Below, piece by piece: positions 10,999 to 22,100 of a DNA stretch of 64,000 nt. Position 1 is the stretch's first letter. The number at the start of each line of letters is the position of its first letter. Origin of the DNA: Nemertoderma westbladi (lineage: Eukaryota > Animalia > Xenacoelomorpha); assembly GCA_032718475.1 (NCBI GenBank), contig JAUCBJ010001176.1, positions 55,830 to 119,829 of the forward strand, read 5' to 3'. The position numbers and the translations under genes were made by a program. The notes below the pieces were generated by a model that was not told the DNA's origin, searched no databases, and saw only the letters and a list, made by a program, of their open reading frames with translations.

Positions 10999-13900
10999 AT
11001 GAGTGACAAACAAGACTATACGAAGAATACACCTACCGACTATGACTCATGCAACGGAGATAAGTCAGCAGCGGAAGAACAACAGGGGAAGACTCGCGAG
11101 CCTACCGAACCTACACCGTGTGCGTCACCAGTACATCCAACGGGAGTACCGGATGCCGTAGTACGAGGCGACGGCAGGACCGAGGACTTTTTAACTGTTC
11201 CGCAACCTAGATACAGGGAAACGGAAATGGTAAGTTCAGCAGGAAGCACAGAAAGTGTGGTTAGAAGCGTCGGTGGATATATGGCGCATATAACCAGGAG
11301 TATTGGGGAAGGCCAATGCACATTAGACGAGTTGACCGCTCCGATGTCTCGATTCGAGTTCTACACTCTCCAGGTTAGAGTACAAAGTAGAGTACACAAG
11401 TCCGTAGATAACCTAATTGGTCTACAAGATCTAGCTAGACAGAGACAGGACATGGATACTCAACTTAGAATCCTCGAGAAACTAATGATCGCTAGAGAGA
11501 AACTGATTCAGTTTAAGTCGACGATTAGACAGATACAACAGGAACAAGCGGACCAGTTGTTAGGTGAGTCAGTGTCGGACGAATTATTACAACCCGAGGA
11601 AGAACAGGAACTGTACCGACTGGATGGACAATTGAAACACCTGACGGACCACTTACGCATGTGCGGCGAAGACGTCGGCGATTTGGAAACCGTGCCGGAA
11701 TATACGAGGGAAACTTCATTCGCACAAATCGAATCGGCACCGGGAATACTAAATCAATCGCTGGTAAGTATTCGTAGCGAAATCTGCGAGGGAAGTATGG
11801 TCACGTCAGAAGTTGCTCGACAACAGCAAGAATTCTACCAACAACAACGAGAAATCGAGGAACAAGCTCAACTTCTAGTGATGCAGGCAGCAGTAGAGGA
11901 AGAGAAGCTGCGCGTTGCAAATGTAGCGAGAATCTCTCATCTACAGGAACAAGCTGAATTAGAAGCAGCTGAAGTAGAAAGGTTAGAGGTAGACATCGCC
12001 CAACAAACGGCAGCGGTTGATTTAGCGCAACGAAACGCAGCGGTCGAGTTAGAGCGACAGATGGCAGCGGCTGATTTGGAGCGACAAAACGCAGCGGCTG
12101 ATTTGGAGCGACGAAACGCAGCGGCTGATTTAGAGCGACGAAACGCAGCGGCTGATTTGGAGCGACGAAACGCAGCGGCGGAATTAGAGCGAGAAAGATT
12201 AGTTTCGGAAGCACGGGCCGAAATGAAAACACGGCAAATAAAAGCTCAATCCGCTATACGACAAGCGGAGTTTGAGGCGCAACGACAACAAACAGAACAA
12301 CGAGAGAAGACAGCTAAACTTCATTTCGAACTCGAGAAGAAGGCGAGAGAAGTAGCCGAAGCCAAGGAAAATCTGGATCTTCTAGCCCGCGATAGATCAA
12401 TGAGATCTCGAGACGGACATGATTTGGACCAGATAGAGGTAAGACATCGCCAAATTCAGGAACGGAAGAAGGAAGGAAGCATGGGAGCACCCGGACGGGA
12501 ACGACAATTAGTAAAGGACTTGTGTCAACGATTCCCACAGGTAACTCATATGTTTGCACCGGTTACGACTAAGGAACCTGTTTCGATTGCTGGTAGCAGT
12601 GATATCTCTCCTATCCATGGTGTGACGGAACACAGGTTTGTTATTCCGGACAAGTTTACACCGCCAAGAGCAACGTCGTCGCCCATTCCAAAAGTCAAGG
12701 TAAGTAACCCACCGATTACAGATCGTAGTAGTTTGTTGACTGGACCTGCACTACTGACGACAAAACAGGTGAGTCCACCGTCGACACCTAAACCCGTTAC
12801 ACACTACGCTTACCCAATGACGTTTCGACCCACAAGGCCAGTTGTTTCAAATGCTGTCATTCGCCCACCGTTCAACCAGTGTACATCGCAATCTATGACT
12901 TTGAGGAAGACTTGTGAGCCTACCGAACAACGGAGACCAGTGGATACGCGACCGTTCAACCAGCGTGCATCGCAATCTACGACTTCGAGGAAGACTTGTG
13001 AGCCTACCGAACAACGGAGATCAGTGGATACGCGACCATTCAATCAGTTTACATCGCAATCTACGACTTCGAGGAAGACTTGTGAGCCTACCGAACAACG
13101 GAGATCAGTGGATACGCGACCATTCAATCAGTTTACATCGCAATCTACGACTTCGAGGAAGACTTGTGAGCCTACCGAACAACGGAGACCAGTGGATACG
13201 CGACAGTTCAACCAGTTTACATCGCAATCTACGACTTCGAGGAAGACTTGTGAGCCTACCGAACAACGGAGACCAGTGGATACGCGACAGTTCAACCAGT
13301 TTACATCGCAATCTACGACTTCGAGGAAGACTTGTGAGCCTACCGAACAACGGAGATCAGTGGACGATGTTCCGAAACGAAACGTGAGAATTCGTACGAC
13401 GCAACGGACGCGAGCACGTCGACCACCGTATCCAGATGATAGTAGTACTTCGAGCGAATCGGATTACCCGAAACGCGAGGTATTTAGAACAGGGGCGGCC
13501 GATGAATATAAACGCGAGCGTTCAGACAACTCCTTTGCAGACAATCCTCCACAGAATACACCAACACAGAAGGCGTTACAACCAACGGACGCAATCAGTA
13601 CACAACAGTTCGCCGACATCATGCGACCAGTTGTTAATAAGTTGGCTCAGATCGAGGAACGTCTGGAGGAAGGTTACACCGACAGTTCGAGAAATTCCGA
13701 ATTCGAACACAATAGACACCCGAAGGAACCACAAAGACCGGTACCTTCAAAACACACATCGTATCAGGGAAAAGCGCCAAGAAGGGAGAACATCAACCAG
13801 TGTAACAACCAAGGACGCGAAACTCTGAACGTTGCCGAGGAGATAGCGAAATTCGCAGCCAGACAAGGATTGCCGGTACAACAACCACCGAAGTTTTCCG

Positions 13901-14049
13901 GTAGCTCAAAACACTGGCATACTTTCGTAGACTATATCGAATCCCAGATCGCCGTGTGCGCCTTTACATCATGGGAGAAGTTCAATTACCTGCTCCAAAC
14001 GTTGTCAGGAGAACCTAAACGTTTAGCGGAGACCTTCGTAGTTTACTAA
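10999..14049 (+). CDS. BEL/Pao Gag, long N-terminal extension, truncated within the DUF1759-like capsid region
   Basis: 1016-aa ORF with coiled-coil (AAADLERRN)n and six 28-aa repeats. It ends PPKFSGSSKHWHTF...EKFNYLLQTLSGEP (start of the BEL gag domain) and then a stop. No CCHC knuckles or protease motif follow. Confidence 0.85.
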   Translation: MSDKQDYTKNTPTDYDSCNGDKSAAEEQQGKTREPTEPTPCASPVHPTGVPDAVVRGDGRTEDFLTVPQPRYRETEMVSSAGSTESVVRSVGGYMAHITRSIGEGQCTLDELTAPMSRFEFYTLQVRVQSRVHKSVDNLIGLQDLARQRQDMDTQLRILEKLMIAREKLIQFKSTIRQIQQEQADQLLGESVSDELLQPEEEQELYRLDGQLKHLTDHLRMCGEDVGDLETVPEYTRETSFAQIESAPGILNQSLVSIRSEICEGSMVTSEVARQQQEFYQQQREIEEQAQLLVMQAAVEEEKLRVANVARISHLQEQAELEAAEVERLEVDIAQQTAAVDLAQRNAAVELERQMAAADLERQNAAADLERRNAAADLERRNAAADLERRNAAAELERERLVSEARAEMKTRQIKAQSAIRQAEFEAQRQQTEQREKTAKLHFELEKKAREVAEAKENLDLLARDRSMRSRDGHDLDQIEVRHRQIQERKKEGSMGAPGRERQLVKDLCQRFPQVTHMFAPVTTKEPVSIAGSSDISPIHGVTEHRFVIPDKFTPPRATSSPIPKVKVSNPPITDRSSLLTGPALLTTKQVSPPSTPKPVTHYAYPMTFRPTRPVVSNAVIRPPFNQCTSQSMTLRKTCEPTEQRRPVDTRPFNQRASQSTTSRKTCEPTEQRRSVDTRPFNQFTSQSTTSRKTCEPTEQRRSVDTRPFNQFTSQSTTSRKTCEPTEQRRPVDTRQFNQFTSQSTTSRKTCEPTEQRRPVDTRQFNQFTSQSTTSRKTCEPTEQRRSVDDVPKRNVRIRTTQRTRARRPPYPDDSSTSSESDYPKREVFRTGAADEYKRERSDNSFADNPPQNTPTQKALQPTDAISTQQFADIMRPVVNKLAQIEERLEEGYTDSSRNSEFEHNRHPKEPQRPVPSKHTSYQGKAPRRENINQCNNQGRETLNVAEEIAKFAARQGLPVQQPPKFSGSSKHWHTFVDYIESQIAVCAFTSWEKFNYLLQTLSGEPKRLAETFVVY

Positions 14050-14081
14050 CTACAAATTCAATCCATTCCTTTTCACACGAT

Positions 14082-15600
14082 GTGGACCATACTACACTAC
14101 AGTCGACAAAACATGACAGACGTGTAACTAGTATGATAAGTCACAAGGAGCAGCTAATCCACAAGGTGAGTTTAGAACTTGGGGAGAAGACGAGTCAGCT
14201 AGAGATTCCATCGACGACAGATGATAGGCTTGCGAGTCTACCTACCCCAACAACTTCAACAATGCCCGTCGAGATCGACGATGATGCGTTGAGAAATCAT
14301 CAGTTGGAACAAGCTGTACTAGACAAAGAATTAACGGAGAAGACTATCAGGTGGTTAGAACAAGATACAGCTGAACCTGGTAGCTACGAACCTTGTATGT
14401 CGGAACAGGAGAAACAATCTCTGAAGATCATGGAAGATACTATCCGCCAGACGAAAGACGGACATTATGAGGTGGGGATGTTATGGCGTAGCCAAAGTCC
14501 TAAACTTATAAACAACTACCCACTGGCTTTAAGATGTCTACACTCAATACGGCAACGTCTATTAAAGGACGAGAAAGCCCATCTACAGTACAACACTCAG
14601 ATGGAGACGTATTTGACTAAGGGATACGCTATCCGAATGACTAACCCGGAGCGAGTGACTGACCAGACGTATTACTTGCCACATCACTACGTGAGACACC
14701 CCGACAAACCAGACAAAGTACGCGTATTCAACGACTGTGCGGCTCTGTTTGAGGGAATGTCCCTCAATAGCGAGTTGATGGATGGACCAAACATGAATAA
14801 TTATCTTATGGGGGTGATTATGCGCTTCCGTCAGCGTCAAGTAGCTTTTACTTGCGACGTTGAAGCAATGTTTCACCAAGTGAGAGCGTTAGAGCGAGAC
14901 AGAGACAGTTTGCGGTTCCTCTGGTACCCGGAAGGAGACTTAAGTCTACCACCGGCGACTTACCAAATGCAAGTTCGCGTTTTCGGTGCCAGGGACAGCC
15001 CAAACTGCACGATGTACGCCCTAAAACAAGCCGCTAGAGATCAGAAACACCTATATGACCCAGAGATAATTAGGATTGTGGAACGTGACTTCTACGTCGA
15101 CGACGGATTACAGAGTTGCGACACAGTAGAACGTGCTACAACAGTAGCACATCAATTACGGGACTGCTTGGCGGGCGGAGGTTTTAACCTCACCAAATTC
15201 GCCTCAAACAGTGCCGAATTAGTAGACTCATTCGGAACGACTGAGCGTGGAGGTGGTGACATAGACCTAGAGTTCGAACCACTACCGACGACCAAGGTGT
15301 TGGGGCTCTTTTGGGACCCAAACACGGACAACTTCCGAGTGAAGGTGAGACTGGACAGTCAAGAGAACACACTGACAAAGAGATCATGCTTGTCAAAATT
15401 GAGCCAATTGTTCGATCCGTTAGGATTCATCAGTCCAGTGATACTGCAAGCCCGCATTTATATGCGCAGTATTTGGAAGGATGGACTAACATGGGACGAG
15501 CCGATCTCATCAGACCAAGTGGACTTATGGAAGACCTGGGAGGCGGAATTATCTTCGCTAAAGGATTATTCCATACCCAGAGTTTACTTTCCATTACAAA
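14082..15600 (+). CDS. BEL/Pao pol, reverse transcriptase part
   Basis: Motifs GHYEVGMLWR, YYLPHH, KVRVFNDCAA, SLNSELMDGP, DVEAMFHQV, FGARDSP, DFYVDD, KVLGLFWD, FDPLG. The frame breaks near 15590. Confidence 0.93.
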
Positions 15601-18499
15601 GTACACATTTCCTGACAACTTGGAACTACACTGTTTTTCTGACGCCAGTGACAACGGCTTTGGTGTGGCAGCGTACTTGCGCAGACAAGTAGACTCAGAA
15701 GCATTCGATGTTTCGCTCATTACTTCTAAGGCAAAAACAATGCCTACTAAGTATATGACGACACCACGAGCTGAGCTACAAGCCGCAACACTGTCAACCA
15801 CTATCGTGAACCTTATACAGACAGAACTACAGTCAAGTTTACAGATATTTTATTGGACTGACGCGACGTTGGTTTTATTTTACATAAACAACGACATACT
15901 CGAATTCAAGACATTCGTAGCTAACCGTCGCGCGGAAATTCTAGACCGTTCAATAAAAGAGGATTGGCGACATTGTCCCGGACCACAAAACCCAGCCGAT
16001 ATTGCGTCGCGAGGAATGATGCCTGAGGAATTCTGTAAACCGGAGAACAAAGAATTTTGGCAACACGGACCTCAATTCTTACAAAGATCAACACTAAATT
16101 GGCCACCATTATACGACAACAAATCTAACACCATCCCTAAGGACGCCGAAATCAAGAAACCAAAAAAGGGGAAGGCAAAGAAAAAGACAACGGCGGCAAA
16201 ACTCAAGAAAAAACCGAAGGCGAAATGGAAAGATATAACTTCAAAGGTCAAGAGAGGAAGACTTGCGAGCCTTTCTACACCAGACATATCGCCAGACGGT
16301 CAACCAGACACGTTACTAGACAGCCAACCAGACATTTTGCCAGACATATCGCAAAATGTTCTACCAGACACTAGTGACATACTGACAAATAGTAAAGCCG
16401 CAGTTTCTCTATTGGAGCGGCCTTCTATTGACAAACAACCAGATACGTTACCAGACGTATCGCCAGACACATTACTAGACAGTCGACTAGACATTTTGTC
16501 AGAAACATCACAAAATGTTCTACCGGACATTAGTAATGTATCGACTAACAGTAAAGCCGCAGTTTCCCTATTGGAGCGGCCTTGTATTGACAAACTACCA
16601 ATCTTGACACACTTGAGCAACCATAAGCACGGTGAAACCTCATGTATTACAGATGTGGGTAGTACCTACGCTAATGTAAATACAGGTGTTACTTTGCGCT
16701 CAAGAGACATACCAAACTTGCAACCTATGGTGAAACCTGGGATTAATGTCGGCAGAAAAATAAGTTTACCGAAACCTGCTGACCCCATAGAGTTCAAACC
16801 ACCATTAACGATCGACTTACAAAGTACCGACAATCAAGGTAAGAAGACGAAGAAGGACAAATTACTTGTAGACCCGGACGGATCAACAGTCAACAAGGGA
16901 ATACTTACCGGCGGACCCGTGGGCCCTTCTAGTAATTCAAAACCTTCCAAAATCTCCATTGACTTACCTGATGACGTCACAAATACTCACGTCGACCGGA
17001 TTGTAAACTTAACAGACTCTTGGTCAAACGCTTGCCGAAAGTTAGCGTGGATTGTACATTTTGTACAATACGTTAAAGGCAAACGTGACTTTACACGTCG
17101 ACTTACATTGGCTGAGATTGACAGGTGTGAAATTAAATTAATTCGCCATTACCAACTGCGATATTTCGCACGCGAATTCACATCTATAAATCAAGGCCTA
17201 CCAATCAAGTCGTCACCGATACTGAGTTGGAGTCCGATTATTTATAATGGCTTAATTTGTCATAAATCTCGGCTTCAAAACATTGACTTTAACACAAACT
17301 TTAGATACCCAATAATAATACCGCAACACCACGAACTACAACGTGCAATGATACTGGACGCACATTTACATCTGAAACACGCTGGAAGACACCACTGTCT
17401 TTCCTACTTACGTACAAGATTTGTATTAATTAGACCCAGTAAAGCGTTAAGTTCAGTGACACGTACGTGTATTATTTGTAAAAAGGTACATTCTAGAATA
17501 GGTACCCAAGAAATGAGTGAACTTCCACAAGCACGACTTCAAGCATTCAGACCACCTTTTACAGAGACTGGAATTGATTGCTTTGGTCCCATACATACGA
17601 AACGTGGACGTATACTAGTAAAACGCTGGGGACTGATTTTCACATGTATGTCCAGTAGGGCAGTTCATATTGAACGTGTGATGGATCTTTCCACCAACGC
17701 GTTTATACTAGCATTGCGGCGGTTTATCGCTAGACGCGGACTAGTAAAATGCTTGTACTCAGACCAAGGGACAAACTTTGTTGGTGCTCGGAATGAGATT
17801 GCTAGAGCCTTTAAGAAATTAGATCATGATCAAATCCCGAACGAACTACAACCTCACAAGATTGTTTGGAAGTTTAATCCTCCAGATAGTCCTTGGAGAG
17901 GCGGAGTCTGGGAGAAACTGATTAGATCTATAAAGACAGCCATGGCAAAGGTCATTCCAGTAAACCACATATTGACAGACGACCAACTGACAACATTGTT
18001 TGTTGAAATCGAGGCAATACTAAATACTAGACCAATAGTATTAGTACCCGATGACAAACAATCTCAGTTTGCTTTGACACCGGCACACCTGCTTATGCAG
18101 GCACCGACAACTTTGACACCTATTTCTATTCCAATAGAAAGCGACAGTTACGGTAGAAAAGCGTGGAAAATCACGCAACTACTAGCTAACAAATTCTGGG
18201 AAATATGGCAAAACCATTATTTGCCCTCTATTTCTGCCAGAACAACATGGTACAATAACACCCGCGCATTAAAGCCGGGAGATCACGTGCTGTTAGCGGA
18301 AGTGAATCTAAAAAGACGCTTCTGGATAACAGGTGTAATTTTAGCCACACATCCATCTATGGATGGAGTGACAAGAACTGTGACGGTACGGACAATTGAC
18401 GGTCGTACAGTAGACAGACCGACTCAACGTCTCGTACTTCTTGAAGAGACTCGTAACGAGTCTGGAGACTACAAATCTCCACCTAATATTAGTAAATAA
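15590..18499 (+). CDS. BEL/Pao pol, RNase H (Peptidase_A17-type), integrase and C-terminal domain; -1 frame relative to RT
   Basis: Motifs ELHCFSDAS, TPRAELQAA, WTDATLVL, WRHCPGPQNPADIASRG, HHCC zinc finger (H..H...CIIC), GIDCFGP, SDQGTNF, GGVWEKLIRSIK, a DUF5641-like tail, and a low-complexity duplicated linker. Confidence 0.93.
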   Translation, partial: SITKYTFPDNLELHCFSDASDNGFGVAAYLRRQVDSEAFDVSLITSKAKTMPTKYMTTPRAELQAATLSTTIVNLIQTELQSSLQIFYWTDATLVLFYINNDILEFKTFVANRRAEILDRSIKEDWRHCPGPQNPADIASRGMMPEEFCKPENKEFWQHGPQFLQRSTLNWPPLYDNKSNTIPKDAEIKKPKKGKAKKKTTAAKLKKKPKAKWKDITSKVKRGRLASLSTPDISPDGQPDTLLDSQPDILPDISQNVLPDTSDILTNSKAAVSLLERPSIDKQPDTLPDVSPDTLLDSRLDILSETSQNVLPDISNVSTNSKAAVSLLERPCIDKLPILTHLSNHKHGETSCITDVGSTYANVNTGVTLRSRDIPNLQPMVKPGINVGRKISLPKPADPIEFKPPLTIDLQSTDNQGKKTKKDKLLVDPDGSTVNKGILTGGPVGPSSNSKPSKISIDLPDDVTNTHVDRIVNLTDSWSNACRKLAWIVHFVQYVKGKRDFTRRLTLAEIDRCEIKLIRHYQLRYFAREFTSINQGLPIKSSPILSWSPIIYNGLICHKSRLQNIDFNTNFRYPIIIPQHHELQRAMILDAHLHLKHAGRHHCLSYLRTRFVLIRPSKALSSVTRTCIICKKVHSRIGTQEMSELPQARLQAFRPPFTETGIDCFGPIHTKRGRILVKRWGLIFTCMSSRAVHIERVMDLSTNAFILALRRFIARRGLVKCLYSDQGTNFVGARNEIARAFKKLDHDQIPNELQPHKIVWKFNPPDSPWRGGVWEKLIRSIKTAMAKVIPVNHILTDDQLTTLFVEIEAILNTRPIVLVPDDKQSQFALTPAHLLMQAPTTLTPISIPIESDSYGRKAWKITQLLANKFWEIWQNHYLPSISARTTWYNNTRALKPGDHVLLAEVNLKRRFWITGVILATHPSMDGVTRTVTVRTIDGRTVDRPTQRLVLLEETRNESGDYKSPPNISK

Positions 18500-19159
18500 T
18501 TAGGAGTTTACAAATAGATTTCCATGTACCTGTACACCGTAGTAAGGACAGCGGTAGAATTCCATTGTCTTTATATGTGAACATTGAGGGTAGTACCCTT
18601 ATGTGTCACATAGGAGCGGGATTTGTAGGTATAAGAAATGGAATTCTACTTGGAATTCACAATATTGAGACATTTTCGAAATTTTAGACAATCCATTTGG
18701 ATTTGAAAATTTTTAAAATTTTCTCCAGTGAATAGATTTCAGGGTACAGTCGGGTGGAACTTAAAATTAGAGAAACAAGAGAGGAAGACTTGCGAGCCTT
18801 TCTTAAAAATTTTAATTAAATTTTACACGGTCTTGTTTCAATAAGTTACGTCAATAAATAGACTCCCCTATATTTATTACTAATTCTTGATTGTTTATTT
18901 TCTGATAATAGTTTGGGATCAAAAAGTGAGTATTTTAGACTCACAGCCAGTTTAGCCCAAATTCGTTTTATTTCGGCAAAAAATTTTAGATAAGAAGCAG
19001 CGTGTCATTAAAGAAACCCTAGATCTTAGGCTATGGGTAGGAGGTTAGAGCGTTGTCGAGCCCAAAGGGCAGACGAAACTCTCACGTCTCCTCACAACTA
19101 ACTACAAACTCTGTTGTATTCCCTCTAGTAGTAATGATTATGTAACTACACCCCTAATT

Positions 19160-22100
19160 ATGGAGAAAGGGATACAAGGAGAGCCGAGATGGGGATATGA
19201 TATCCAAGAGGAGGCAGCAGCGCCATTCGAAAGATTTGGAGCCAAGGACTATACTATATTCGGTATAAAAGAATTATCGGAAAGTACAGCGAAACTCGCG
19301 AGAACTAAATATGACTCAAATGTATTAAAGAGAAGGCAAAACGCATTAAACGAAAGAGTCGAAAGTTTGCGCCAAACCTTCAACGAACTTTACCCGTACG
19401 ACGCTTTGTGTGATACGGGAGATATTTGCGAAGACCCCGATACTGAAATTAGTCGTTTGTATCATACCATGCAATACCTAAAGGCGCACGAACCTATGCC
19501 CGCGGTACGAGATGAATTTGATGGAATGCATCTTTACAGACGAACTCGAGGGGACGATAGAGAAACCAAGGAAGCATTTTCAGTTTATAAACTTTATTAT
19601 CAATGCGGTTCTTGTATGCGCGAACAACGAAATGCGATTCCGATGCGTTTGAATAAGGAAAATCCCGAACCGATATTGGCGAGGTGTTCGAACCATCAAC
19701 AACTACGCTACCAGGAAGGAGGGTATCCTTTATCGAATCCATATCATTCATTTGCTATGACCGGACCAAAGGCGGGAGAAACTGTCATTTACCCACCTAA
19801 GGTTGTTGAACCCGATGTATTTGAACTTACGCTGGACGAGGCGAATCAGTCAACCCGCGAAAAGAAAGAAGCTCTTAGCCTATACAGAGCCTACAAGGCT
19901 TTCGAGAAAGGTGAGATGGAAGAATGGGGCGGAAGACTCGCGAGCCTACCTTGCCATTGGACGTCACACGATCAAACTCCAGCTAAGGAGATGACACCGG
20001 AAGTTTTCGAGAGCATAAACTTTGCTCAAAACGTTATTCAGAGACTACAGATTGCATCCCCGGAGAGGACAAGAGAAATGCAACCGTATAGTACTTCAAC
20101 TACGAAACCATTGAGTACGACACTCAACTTTCCTATTAGTATACCAGTCCGACAGGATACGACGTACGAAATTCCCATCGTGGATCATCCAGAAATCATT
20201 TCGAACTTGGAGTTTCTTCCTGCAGTTGTTTTCAGCGATATGAGTAAGATATATGATTTACGTAGACATATTACTCAAAAGGTCGTGTACAACGTTCCAC
20301 CTCATATTCAAGATTTCAAGGAACTGGATAGAGCTGGTGCCGATATAGCTCCGAGTAATTTAAAAGGATATTTAACCAAGACGATTCGTTTATGGATTGG
20401 AACCGGAACCTTCGAGTCGGATACAGATATTGCCGCAGATTGGCGAGGTAAGGTTATTCGTTTCGAAGAGGATAAGGACATAGAGAAGATTTGGCAACCT
20501 TCGGAAGAATTGTTGGATGAATGGAATAGGACGTTTAGATCGTTTCAGGAAAATGGTTACATGTTTTACGATAACGAGGGCGGCAGTCATCAGCAGAGTT
20601 TGACTTCTAAGACTATACAGATTAGAGCGGCGGACGGAGTCCTGCACGTTTTCAGTAGACAGAGGAGCGACAAACGAATGCCGATACCTCCAGCGAATAC
20701 AAAGCGACACCATCTTATCACCGACATAGTAAAGAAGATGGACCAAGCTTGTAATATTGACGCTAGAATGCTACCGAAGATGGTAAGAAACATGATTTTA
20801 GATAAAACTGTTGTAAAGATTGGATCAGGAGTAAGGGAGGACTTAATTAGCGACTTCGCCGGCATGACGGACAGCGATGACCGACTACCGACACCTTACG
20901 TCGACACTCGACCTCTTATTTTGTGGTCTATAGAACAGGGATATTTTCGTGAGTATAATACTCAGAAGACTGGAACTGGATACATTTCCTACCTGTTATT
21001 CAATTGGGATTATAAGGAAAATAAGAGAAACAAGTATATTGAAACTTATGGAGAAGGTGATACTCCAGATATGAGTGAGTTTGAATCGCAGCTTAAATGG
21101 AGAGGATGCGTGTATTGGGCTATTACGTCACCTCCAAGAGCGGTCCTACAATATTATTTAGCAATAGAGTCGTCAGTGAATGTTTGCCTAATCGCCGACA
21201 TTGTGTCTCGGACTCTCAAAAGACATCCACTTTGTCTCGGAGAAGATCATACTTTCTACATGGAAGGGAGAATTCGTACCGACGTGTTTAGACGATTCCT
21301 TGAACCCTTCTACAACTCCGACGCTCAGTGTAATGCCTTCACTCGAGCAGGATTTAGTATATTTCGAGACGTGTATCTTCGCTGTGCGGGATCTCTTATC
21401 GAAAGACCATCTATGTTTACATTGTTACCCTATGAAGGAGAACGTATCGTGGAAATTACGGAAGAATCACGGCAGACGCGCGCGCCTATCGGTCACCTTG
21501 GTGATGAATTCGAAGTAACTACTACGATCGCCGACGATCCTTTAGAGGAACTTCTTGAGATAGAAAGGAACCTCCCGAAGAAATCTCAGACGGAGATTCG
21601 ACAACTTGAAGCAACAGATGCTATAGTTTGTATACAACCTTCAGAAACCTACCAACCCATAGACCCAGATGATTACGATTATAGTATGGGAGGAAGCGCT
21701 CGACCGATTGGAGATCTTATATACGAACGAGTGTGGTACCCTGCCAATACGATGTGTAGTAAATGTGGCGTCGCTGGACATCATATGACAAAGTGCAGTG
21801 GAAAGCACATTACTACGACTCAGCTAATCTGTGGATGGTGTGGGGATCAAGGGTCTCATACCTTTTATACTTGCTGGAGATTTATGGCTCAATGTACTTA
21901 CTGCAATATAAAAGGACATCGAGCATCTGAATGCCAACTAAGAGACATACCTTATGAACACGAATCTGTAAAACTCGTGAGGAAGTTATTTGATGAGTGG
22001 GAAGATTTAGCCGACGAACATGTATCAGCACAAAGAAGACGGTTTCCGATGAGAGCGCATCTCGGATTTTGGGCGGTAAATCCTCAAACGATGATGTCGG

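Noticed and set aside
15580-15610. Programmed ribosomal frameshift between RT and RNase H
   Set aside because: No X XXY YYZ slippery heptamer, and BEL pol is normally continuous here. A 1-bp deletion or sequencing error is more likely.
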